Below are positions 17,840 to 26,423 of a stretch of 64,000 nt of DNA, one piece after another. Numbering within the stretch: position 1 is the stretch's first letter; each line of letters opens with the position of its first letter. A program made the position numbers and the translations under genes. The stretch comes from an uncultured Granulosicoccus sp. (GTDB taxonomy: Bacteria; Pseudomonadota; Gammaproteobacteria; Granulosicoccales; Granulosicoccaceae), in contig CALKLO010000034.1 in the NCBI GenBank assembly GCA_937991945.1, positions 19,270 to 83,269 on the forward strand. Reading direction: 5' to 3'. The notes below the pieces were generated by a model, which worked only from the letters and a program-made list of their open reading frames with translations, ran no database searches and was not told where the DNA came from.

Positions 17840-19408
17840 ATGAGTAATATAACGTTAGACGAGATGTTGCCACTGCTCAAGCGAGAAGCTTTCTCGCGCA
17901 GTGGTACTTTGCTCGCAATGTTCGTCGGTATTAGCCTGGTGTTCATGGTTATCGGCGCTGGATGGGAGAAAAAATACACCTCCTATGTCCAGCTGTACGT
18001 CGATGATCGTAACTTAGTTGGGCCGCTGCTAGACACGGTCCGAACCGCCAACCTAGACCAAGTGAAACTTGCAAAGCAAGAACTTTTTGCAAACGATATC
18101 CTTGATCAGGTTCTAGAAGGGGTTGGCTTAGCTGACGAAAATACAAACCCTGTCGAACGCGAAGAGCTGCGTGACGAACTGGTCGATGCTACTAGCGTGT
18201 TTAATCGAAGTAACCAGTTGTTGGAAATTGAATTCTGGAATGAAGATCCGCAAATGGCGTTCGAGACAACCAGCTTGTACGCTGAGTTGTTCCTGAAAAA
18301 GACAATGGCCTCAACTAATGTTGAGACGACGGAAGCGTTTGAATTTATTATCGATCAAGTTGAAACCTATAGAACCAAACTGGAAGATGCCGAACAACGA
18401 TTAGAGGATTTTCGTAACGATAATCCTGGTGTCAGTATGGAAGACGGTGGCGACGTAACGGCCAGAATTATCGAGCTGCAACGCGATTACGAGCAAACGT
18501 CTTTACTGTATGCGCAAGAGAGACAAACTCAAAAATCGCTACAAGCAGAATTGGCTAATGAGTCTTCGACCATTGCTCGCGACTTTCAGGTTAGTCGAGC
18601 TCGTGAACAAATTGCTGCATTGCAAGCTGAAATCGATGTGCTAAGCCTTTCGTACACAAATGACTACCCGGATATCATTCGCCTCAGGCAGCAAATTGAA
18701 GATGTCAAAACTCTGGCTGAATCCGAAGCATCACAACCCGCTGACACTGCTCCATCCTCAGTAAACATTAATGGGCGATTATGGAACTCTCCAGCTAACT
18801 TAAGCCCGGTCTATCAGCAATTACGCAGCGAAATGGCTAGAGCGGGTGCTGAGGCAGACGCACTGCAATCTAGACTTCGCCAAATTGATGTTTTAATCGA
18901 AAAAGAAATAGCCCGCTCTGAGTCGTCCTCGAAAGTTGAGCGTACTCTGAATGATTTGAGCCGCGATTATGAGATCAATAAAGAAATATTCGAAGAGCTG
19001 CTGAAGAAGCAAGAAAGCGCACGAATCACCATGACATTGGGTAGTGAGCAACAAGGCGTGCTTTACCGCGTTCAACAGAAAGCGAGCTTTCCGGTAAGGC
19101 CCAATGGGCTTCGCTTTTTACATGTGGTCCTACTAGGCCTTGTACTTGCAGCGACGTTACCCTTTGTTTATCTGATTGTATTTCTTAAGCTGGATCCAAG
19201 GATTCGGACAGGATCATCTGTCACAGATTTATTGGAATTACCTTTACTCACCGTTGTGCCTCATATGCGATCACCGAAGGAATCTGTTCCGTACTTTAGA
19301 CGGCCATCCGCTATTTTAGCGACGGTAGCTGTTGTCTGCGGCATGTACGTTGTGGTGTATCTATTGAAGCTGGCGTTTGAGGCGAGCAATACCGGAGCTG
19401 TACTATGA
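17840..19408 (+). CDS. Polysaccharide co-polymerase / chain-length determinant (Wzc N-terminal-like, no kinase domain)
   Basis: N-terminal TM, long periplasmic coiled coil, YPDIIRLR motif, C-terminal TMs and PLLTVVP. Confidence 0.88.
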   Translation: MSNITLDEMLPLLKREAFSRSGTLLAMFVGISLVFMVIGAGWEKKYTSYVQLYVDDRNLVGPLLDTVRTANLDQVKLAKQELFANDILDQVLEGVGLADENTNPVEREELRDELVDATSVFNRSNQLLEIEFWNEDPQMAFETTSLYAELFLKKTMASTNVETTEAFEFIIDQVETYRTKLEDAEQRLEDFRNDNPGVSMEDGGDVTARIIELQRDYEQTSLLYAQERQTQKSLQAELANESSTIARDFQVSRAREQIAALQAEIDVLSLSYTNDYPDIIRLRQQIEDVKTLAESEASQPADTAPSSVNINGRLWNSPANLSPVYQQLRSEMARAGAEADALQSRLRQIDVLIEKEIARSESSSKVERTLNDLSRDYEINKEIFEELLKKQESARITMTLGSEQQGVLYRVQQKASFPVRPNGLRFLHVVLLGLVLAATLPFVYLIVFLKLDPRIRTGSSVTDLLELPLLTVVPHMRSPKESVPYFRRPSAILATVAVVCGMYVVVYLLKLAFEASNTGAVL

Positions 19409-20274
19409 GCGACCAATCAAAGGCTGCCAATATCCGGTCTATGCTGAATCAGCAGCCGGGTAAGACATCTCGTCGGGCTCTGAAAAGTGGGCACTCGCTG
19501 GTTCCTGGTGCGCCAAAAAAGCGAAACAGTACTCAGCTTCGGGCCGCAAACGATAATGTCAGTCTTGCGGATCGTGCGAAGGCTGATATCGCAAACATGC
19601 AGGACGAAAGGCTGTTTAGTGATAGACAGCTCGATTTGCTAGGTATTGTCCATCCCCGCTCCAAAGACAGAGCGATGGTCGATGCAATGCGTCAGCTACG
19701 TACCAAGCTTTATAGCCTGAAGCCAGAAGGTAACTTCAGTGTTTTAATTAGCTCTGTTGTTCCTGAGGGTGGTGGTAGTTTCATCAGCTTAAATCTTGCT
19801 GCGACTATCGCGTTTGATAAGGCAAGAACGGCCATGCTAGTAGAGGCTAATTTGCATTCTCCTATCATGCACAAATTGATGAAGCTTATTGGGCAAGAAC
19901 ATTCTGCTGGATTGCTTGAGTACCTCGAACGACCAGAGCTAGGTGTTGAGCACATTGTTAACCCAAGTGGTATACCGCGAATGAGATGTGTACCTATTGG
20001 TCGGCATCAAGAAATCAGTGCTGAGCATTTCACGAGTGCTCGTTACAAGCAATTCATGCTGGATATAAAAGAGCGTTATGACAACCGATTTGTCATCGTA
20101 GATGGACCTTCAATGACCACATCTGCGGATGCGCGAATTTTGTCTGAAGTGTGTGATTTTACGGTTCTCGTCGTTCCTTATGGTGGCGTAACACCTGGCA
20201 CATTGGATCTAATTATCGACGAAATTGATGAGCGCAAGCTTGCTGGTGTTGTCATTAACAACGAACCAGTCTGA
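19405..20274 (+). CDS. Stand-alone BY-kinase-like (CpsD/CapB family) protein, predicted pseudokinase
   Basis: RQLRTKL, ISSVVPEGGGSFISLNLA (Walker A position lacks Lys), LVEANLHSP, VIVDGP; no C-terminal Tyr cluster; ATGA overlap with the PCP gene. Confidence 0.8.
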   Translation: MSDQSKAANIRSMLNQQPGKTSRRALKSGHSLVPGAPKKRNSTQLRAANDNVSLADRAKADIANMQDERLFSDRQLDLLGIVHPRSKDRAMVDAMRQLRTKLYSLKPEGNFSVLISSVVPEGGGSFISLNLAATIAFDKARTAMLVEANLHSPIMHKLMKLIGQEHSAGLLEYLERPELGVEHIVNPSGIPRMRCVPIGRHQEISAEHFTSARYKQFMLDIKERYDNRFVIVDGPSMTTSADARILSEVCDFTVLVVPYGGVTPGTLDLIIDEIDERKLAGVVINNEPV

Positions 20275-20318
20275 TCGCAATCCGCGTTCATACTATTTAA
20301 CCGACAGATCATTTCATC

Positions 20319-21764
20319 GTGAAGACAACAGACTACCGACGCTCAACATTATTTCTTGCGCTTCTAGTCAGCACTAGCTTCGGTGAAGTTAACGCGTTAG
20401 AAGTTGGGTTTGAAGGATCCGTTTCCTACGACTCGATTCAATCAACGGACAATACGGCTCTTTTTGGAGAGCAAGACTCTGAATTGAACCTCGGTATTGC
20501 GCAAATTACTGTCTTCGGTGAACAACGGACCCGAGCATTAAATGCCGGTTTTTCGGGGGAGTTTGAAACCCGAACAGGCTTCGAAGATGAAGACGACACG
20601 GTAAACACTGTCACACGTTTCACGGGCTCCGCTGATGTAGCGCTGTCGGCTCAATCCTTACGCTGGTATTTCGGTAACGTCCTCACCGGTGTGCGTAATG
20701 AAGATTCGGTGCGTATAGCTGATGATCTAAATCAGTTCTCGCGAAATATATTTATGACAGGTCCCACATACCGATCCACTACGGAAGGGTTTGGGACCAC
20801 TGAAGCTAGACTCTTCTATGTCAATCAGACACAAGAAGATGAAAACTTAGAAACGCTTTACAGTTTTTCTGCCAGTCATCAGCGTGAAACAACTATCGGT
20901 AGTTTTTACGGTATACGTTTTAACGATATTTACACCGATGAACCCGATACCTTTAGTGCGGATCCCACCGTGGCAGATCAAATTGGTGAAGATATTAATC
21001 GCATAACGGTGTCTATTTTTAATAACCGAGCCAGAGAATTAACTGGGCTGTATACAGAGTTAGGGGCTACGCGCTATCAAACTGACGATGAAGAGGTTGA
21101 TGGTCTGACGGCAATTGTTCGGGGTTCGCTTACGATGGGCCCAGAGACGACGCTGACTGCTGAGATCTCACACAGCCTAAACGATCAAACAATTAGGACA
21201 GTCGATGTGCTACTTGAGGGTGGTGGGGACGACGACGGGTTACAACCCGGAGCTAACGGTATCTTCGCTGAAACACGCTTCGATATTGGTTACAGTATTA
21301 ATAGACCCGTGTCAGAGATTGAGTTCTCTTTGAGTGTGGCACAACTAGATTACAGGCTTCTTACTGGTAACTCAGTTATTACCACAGACGCAGATTCTCA
21401 GGATCAGTACCAAGGCACAGTGGAGGCTACCTACGCTAGGCGTTTTGGTAGTCGTATTAATACAGCTCTATCAACCGCCTATGAGCGTGAAGAATTCATT
21501 AACCAACCGGCCTACACCGATGCAATTCTTTTTAGCGCTGAGCTGAATTACACATTAACGCGGACACTTTCGCTTGAAATGTCAGTTATTTACGATGCCG
21601 CTGAAGGGGTACGAAGTCAGGTAGTGGCAGCAAATGGTGCAGTAGCTAGTTTCAATGCTTTTCCCGTGGATGAGACGCAAACTCGGGCTTCGATTGGTAT
21701 TCGTTGGGCACCACCTTCACGAGCTGAACGTGGAATGGGTACTGGGCTAGTTTCTTTGCAGTAG
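20319..21764 (+). CDS. Outer-membrane beta-barrel protein associated with polysaccharide export
   Basis: Signal peptide, alternating-polarity strands rich in Y/F/G/T, last strand ASIGIRW; position in the EPS operon. Confidence 0.7.
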   Translation: MKTTDYRRSTLFLALLVSTSFGEVNALEVGFEGSVSYDSIQSTDNTALFGEQDSELNLGIAQITVFGEQRTRALNAGFSGEFETRTGFEDEDDTVNTVTRFTGSADVALSAQSLRWYFGNVLTGVRNEDSVRIADDLNQFSRNIFMTGPTYRSTTEGFGTTEARLFYVNQTQEDENLETLYSFSASHQRETTIGSFYGIRFNDIYTDEPDTFSADPTVADQIGEDINRITVSIFNNRARELTGLYTELGATRYQTDDEEVDGLTAIVRGSLTMGPETTLTAEISHSLNDQTIRTVDVLLEGGGDDDGLQPGANGIFAETRFDIGYSINRPVSEIEFSLSVAQLDYRLLTGNSVITTDADSQDQYQGTVEATYARRFGSRINTALSTAYEREEFINQPAYTDAILFSAELNYTLTRTLSLEMSVIYDAAEGVRSQVVAANGAVASFNAFPVDETQTRASIGIRWAPPSRAERGMGTGLVSLQ

Positions 21765-21913
21765 CTTAGTGCAATCCAGAGCAGGAGGGCATCTTTGAAA
21801 AATGCATTGATGCTGACGACAATGCCGACGTTGTAATTTTTGTGTTTCGTCAGCCTGTCGAAACCAACGATTCTAAAAACTGGCTTTTGCCAACAGTGAA
21901 CTTATAAGCGCAA

Positions 21914-23131
21914 ATGCATAATCCTTCGAGCGGTAGCATGATTAATGACTCTGATGAGAGCCTCAGCTTAGCGGCTAACGAGGCAAGCCCGACGTCGGGC
22001 GAACCTCGATTAGATGGCTTACGTATCTTGTTCGCCGTAGATTGCGAATTTCCTGGGCTGGGTGGTGCGGAAGCTCAGGCGTTGAAATTAGCTATCTCTA
22101 TGCGCAACCGAGGCGCATTCGTAGAATTTGTCACGCCTCGAATTTTAGACACGCAAAGCCTGGAAGAAACATTCCATGGGTTCACGATTCATCGAGTGGA
22201 TTATCCGCATGTACGATGGGTGGGTTCGCTGGTTTTGATGGCTTATTTCGCCCGTTACCTAATAAAAAATGCAGAGCGCTTTGATGCGGTTCATGTGCAC
22301 ATTACACACCTGATGGCAGCTACTGCAGGATTTGTAAGAGCTAAGACTGGGTTGTCTGTTACGACTAAAATATCTGGCTTTTATGAATTTGAAGGCGGTG
22401 TTCTAGATCAACGAAATCGCTTCAAGCCTCTTAATTTTTTTCTACGTCAAGGATTAGGCAAGGTAGATTTTGTACAAACCATCAGTGAGCAAACGCGCGA
22501 AAAATTGTTAGAAGCTAACTTCCGTGATGAACAAATACGATTTATTCCGAACGGAATCGACACGGTAGAGGCTCCAGTGGTTCGTGAGACGCCTGAAACC
22601 TTAGTGGTCGGGTATTGCGGCCGATTGCGAGAAGTAAAAGGCGTTCATGTTCTACTAGATGCCGTTGCAGAAGTGCTGAAGCGTCGACCCGATGCAAAAT
22701 TTAAAGTGTCGATTGCGGGTAGTGGTAGCAGTGAAAATGAACTCTTAGCTCAAGCAGAAACTTTAGCCATTACTGATTACATTGAATGGTTAGGCTTGAT
22801 TGAAGATACACAATCGTACTTTCGATCTATAGATATTTATATTCAGCCTTCGTTTGCTGAGGGTCTGCCCAATTCGGTAATGGAAGCTATGGTTGAACAA
22901 AAACCTGTCATAGCCTCTGATATTGGCGGCAACAATGATTTGGTTACCCATGAGATTTCAGGTCTGCGGTTTCCTGCAGGGGACTCTCAAAAATTAGCTG
23001 ATCATTTGTTACGCATGATTGATGAACCCGAGTTGCGTCAGTCGCTTGCCGTAGCTGGTAGGCAACTCATAGAGCAACGATATGATATTGAAAGAGTAGT
23101 GACTAAATTGACGGAGCTCTATCGTGTCTAA
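21914..23131 (+). CDS. Glycosyltransferase family 4
   Basis: GGAE, FIPNGID, GRLREVKG, PSFAEGLPNSVMEAM, SDIGG. Confidence 0.93.
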   Translation: MHNPSSGSMINDSDESLSLAANEASPTSGEPRLDGLRILFAVDCEFPGLGGAEAQALKLAISMRNRGAFVEFVTPRILDTQSLEETFHGFTIHRVDYPHVRWVGSLVLMAYFARYLIKNAERFDAVHVHITHLMAATAGFVRAKTGLSVTTKISGFYEFEGGVLDQRNRFKPLNFFLRQGLGKVDFVQTISEQTREKLLEANFRDEQIRFIPNGIDTVEAPVVRETPETLVVGYCGRLREVKGVHVLLDAVAEVLKRRPDAKFKVSIAGSGSSENELLAQAETLAITDYIEWLGLIEDTQSYFRSIDIYIQPSFAEGLPNSVMEAMVEQKPVIASDIGGNNDLVTHEISGLRFPAGDSQKLADHLLRMIDEPELRQSLAVAGRQLIEQRYDIERVVTKLTELYRV

Positions 23132-24050
23132 AATAGAAGACATTATTGTTACGGTTTCAATAGACACCGAGTGTGACCACGATGTCAATTGGGTTCGATC
23201 AAAGCCATTGGCTTTTGAATCTATTACAGAGGGCGTACCTAATCGCTTACAGCCGGCATTTGAAGAAGTCGGTGCGGTTCCAACATACTTACTAACCGTA
23301 GAGGTTATGGAAGATGAGGCAAGTGTCCAGGCGTTGAAAGATTTAAAGGGGCAATATGAGTATGGAACTCATTTGCATGCAGCCTTTATTGAGCCTGAGA
23401 AAAAATTCTATGACTATGCGGGTATCGATAGTCCTGATTTTCAATGCAGTTACGCGCCGGAAATAGAGTTTCAAAAGTTAGAGAATTTGACCAACCTCTT
23501 TGAGCAGCGATTTGGCTATCGCCCTACGAGCTTTCGTGCGGGTCGTTACGGAGCCTCTGCAGACTCGATCAATAGTTTGGAGCGTTTAGGGTATAAAGTC
23601 GATACAAGTGTGACGCCACACTTGAGATGGACGGAACCCAACGCTACCGTAGATTTTCGATCAGCACCTGAGCAACCGTATTTTCCTGCCGCAAATAAAA
23701 TTTCTGAGGCTGGGCCTTACTCGCCAACAAGAATATTAGAAGCTCCCGTTACTGTAAAGCCACGATTGTTTCGAGATCCTCGCTGGTTTCGACCATGGTT
23801 TGCATCGGTTGATCAGATGAAAGACATTTTCCGGTATCAATTGAAAAAACACAGCGATAAAAAGGTTTTATCGATAAATATGATGTTTCATTCGATGGAA
23901 GTTATTGAGAAAGCATCACCGTACCCTCAAACACCCGATGACGTAAAACGCTACATAGATGACATGCAGCAAGCATTGCGGTGGTGTGGAGAGGAGGGCG
24001 CAAGGTTTGCTCCCATGTCTGATTTATACGACGCCTTTCAAGTGTCGTAA
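23124..24050 (+). CDS. Polysaccharide deacetylase (CE4, WalW-like)
   Basis: VSIDTECD, EYGTHLH, PTSFRAGRYG, MMFHS. Confidence 0.8.
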   Translation: MSKIEDIIVTVSIDTECDHDVNWVRSKPLAFESITEGVPNRLQPAFEEVGAVPTYLLTVEVMEDEASVQALKDLKGQYEYGTHLHAAFIEPEKKFYDYAGIDSPDFQCSYAPEIEFQKLENLTNLFEQRFGYRPTSFRAGRYGASADSINSLERLGYKVDTSVTPHLRWTEPNATVDFRSAPEQPYFPAANKISEAGPYSPTRILEAPVTVKPRLFRDPRWFRPWFASVDQMKDIFRYQLKKHSDKKVLSINMMFHSMEVIEKASPYPQTPDDVKRYIDDMQQALRWCGEEGARFAPMSDLYDAFQVS

Positions 24051-24079
24051 GGTGTAATGAATTTTTCAGAACCAACGCT

Positions 24080-25549
24080 ATGCTAAGCCATTTGCGTAAC
24101 TACGCATCGGCTGGGGTTATTACGGGTGTCGTTGGTTTATTTAGTTTCCCGATACTCACTCGTAATCTGTCTGTTGCGGAGTACGGAATTGTAGGTCTGA
24201 TATTTTCGAGTCTTACCCTGTTTATAGCGCTAGGGAAGATGGGCGTACAACACGCCGTAGTTCGGTACTACGCACAAGTTAAGCATGCAAATACTCACTA
24301 CAGTATGTTGCAGCTCAACAGCACTGTGAGTGTTATCTTTTTCACACAGGCAACAATCACGACCTCGTTGTGGCTAGTCAGCGGTGTGTTCTTACTGCCT
24401 AACGTAATGCAGTACGAAAACTTACCCGAGCTATTCGCGTTAGCCGCGTCTATTGTTTTTATCAGGCTGATGGGAAGCTCGGCCATCAATTTTTTACGAG
24501 CCCAGCAACGCAGCGGTGATGTCGCAGTATCTCAGAGCATATCGCGTTGTTTAAACCTGATTTTTGTTTTAACCCTACTGGCTTTCTCTTCATTGAGTCC
24601 CTCTAGCGTTATAACGTGTCTGCTCATTGCCGAAGTGTTCGGTGTTGGATACGCATTTTATTGTTATTCGCCAAGTTTTAACTTCAGCTCTCGTGCCGTA
24701 CCTGGCAGCTTGGTAAAAGCCATGCTGGTTTACGGCTTCCCCCTCATGATTCTAGAATCGCTGGAATTGGCACTCAGGTTAAGCGATAGATACATGATTG
24801 AGTCGATGTTAGGCTCAGGTGCATTGGGGCAATACTCGGCATCCTATAACATCACGGGCTACATCGATCTGATTGTCATCGTCGCGATGGCTCAAGCCTT
24901 GAAACCTGCCTACATGAACTTGTGGGAGGCAGAAGGTAAGGAGGCGACTCAAGCATTTTTGTCCAAGTTTTTTCGAGTTTATCTGATCCTCGGAATCCCT
25001 TTTGTTGCAATATTTGCTGCTACAGCACCCCATTTGTTGAGATTGTTAGCCGGTGAGAGATACGCTCCTGGCACCGTGATTATTCCGTATCTTGCGATAA
25101 ATCATTTGTTGGTCGGCGCAATGCAGATATTGGCAGCAGGATTATTCATTTTTAAAGACACCAAGGTGCTGGTGACCTGGAGTGCCATAGCCACGGTTGT
25201 CAATATACTGTTGAACTTGATCTTCATTCCCATTTACGGGATCGTTGGTGCAGCGATCGTAACGTTGCTTTCGTTTGCAGTTTATACAGTTGGTGTGGCC
25301 TATTTGGCATTTCGTAATGTTAGTTTCCCTATTGATTTACGCGCTCCTTGCTTGATGGGGGTAGTGTCGTGCCTTGTTTTCTATTGGTTATGCAAAATGG
25401 ACTTTGGTGCGGAACAAATGAGTTTGTTGATTAAAGGGGCATTCGGTACACTTTCTTTGGCACTCACCATGTGGATAATTGAGCCAGAAGTTCGAACTTG
25501 GGTAAGGACACGCATATTGGCGTTCTGGCCTACTAGAGGTGGTAGCTAA
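24080..25549 (+). CDS. wzx: Wzx-type flippase
   Basis: Many TM helices; PILTRNLSVAEYG, DRYMIESMLG...LGQYS, LNLIFIPIYGIVGAAI. Confidence 0.88.
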   Translation: MLSHLRNYASAGVITGVVGLFSFPILTRNLSVAEYGIVGLIFSSLTLFIALGKMGVQHAVVRYYAQVKHANTHYSMLQLNSTVSVIFFTQATITTSLWLVSGVFLLPNVMQYENLPELFALAASIVFIRLMGSSAINFLRAQQRSGDVAVSQSISRCLNLIFVLTLLAFSSLSPSSVITCLLIAEVFGVGYAFYCYSPSFNFSSRAVPGSLVKAMLVYGFPLMILESLELALRLSDRYMIESMLGSGALGQYSASYNITGYIDLIVIVAMAQALKPAYMNLWEAEGKEATQAFLSKFFRVYLILGIPFVAIFAATAPHLLRLLAGERYAPGTVIIPYLAINHLLVGAMQILAAGLFIFKDTKVLVTWSAIATVVNILLNLIFIPIYGIVGAAIVTLLSFAVYTVGVAYLAFRNVSFPIDLRAPCLMGVVSCLVFYWLCKMDFGAEQMSLLIKGAFGTLSLALTMWIIEPEVRTWVRTRILAFWPTRGGS

Positions 25550-25601
25550 TGTTTATTGTTCACTTTGGTTTGTCATCATGCGTTTACGTTAGGAGCTACT
25601 C

Positions 25602-26423
25602 ATGAGTGTTGTGTTGATGTACCACTCTCTTTATGAGGGCAATGACACCAGTAATATCGATGATGAAGACCTACCATATGCCGTCTCCAAAGAGGATTTC
25701 ATTCAACAAATCGATCAAATAGCAGAGCTGAGCTCTGGTATTTACTCGAATGAGCGTCCCGAAGCTGGAACAATCATCATCACGTTTGACGATGGCCATA
25801 AAAGTAACTTGGATATCGCAGCGCCGCTGCTGCTGGAACGTAACTTATCTGCGTATTTTTTCATCACATCAGGGTTTATAGATTCGCGGCCCGGATTTAT
25901 GAGTTCGTATGATGTGCAAGCGTTGTCAGCCATTCCAGGTATGGTAGTGGGTAGCCACGGAGTAACTCATAAATTTTTTAATGACCTTTCACCCGAGGAG
26001 GCTCAAAGTGAGCTGAGTGAAAGTAAATTAATGTTAGAAAAGGTCACGAAACACCCTTGTGAATCAATGTCTTTTCCCGGTGGCCGATATAATCAACGTG
26101 TACTGGGTTATCTTACAGATTTAGGGTACTCGCAATGGTTCGGGTCAGATGTGGGGATCGTGGATGTCACTAAGCGATTCGGTGGTGAAAAAGGTACATT
26201 GGCTAATCCAGATGGGTTGCTGTTACCAATGAATGGAATACAGCCATTGTCTCGGGTTGCCATTCGTCGTACAACTCAGTTGGATGAGTTTGGTCGAATG
26301 ATCAACTCAGATCCCTCGTATTTCAGATCACAAATCTGGCGAAGTAACGCAAAGAAAGTGTTGCAAAAAACGCTAGGTAACCGGTTTTATTATGGCCTCT
26401 ACAAATCCGTTTCCGCGCGGTAA
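25602..26423 (+). CDS. Polysaccharide deacetylase (CE4/NodB domain)
   Basis: LMYH, ITFDDG, GSHGVTH, SFPGG. Confidence 0.88.
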   Translation: MSVVLMYHSLYEGNDTSNIDDEDLPYAVSKEDFIQQIDQIAELSSGIYSNERPEAGTIIITFDDGHKSNLDIAAPLLLERNLSAYFFITSGFIDSRPGFMSSYDVQALSAIPGMVVGSHGVTHKFFNDLSPEEAQSELSESKLMLEKVTKHPCESMSFPGGRYNQRVLGYLTDLGYSQWFGSDVGIVDVTKRFGGEKGTLANPDGLLLPMNGIQPLSRVAIRRTTQLDEFGRMINSDPSYFRSQIWRSNAKKVLQKTLGNRFYYGLYKSVSAR

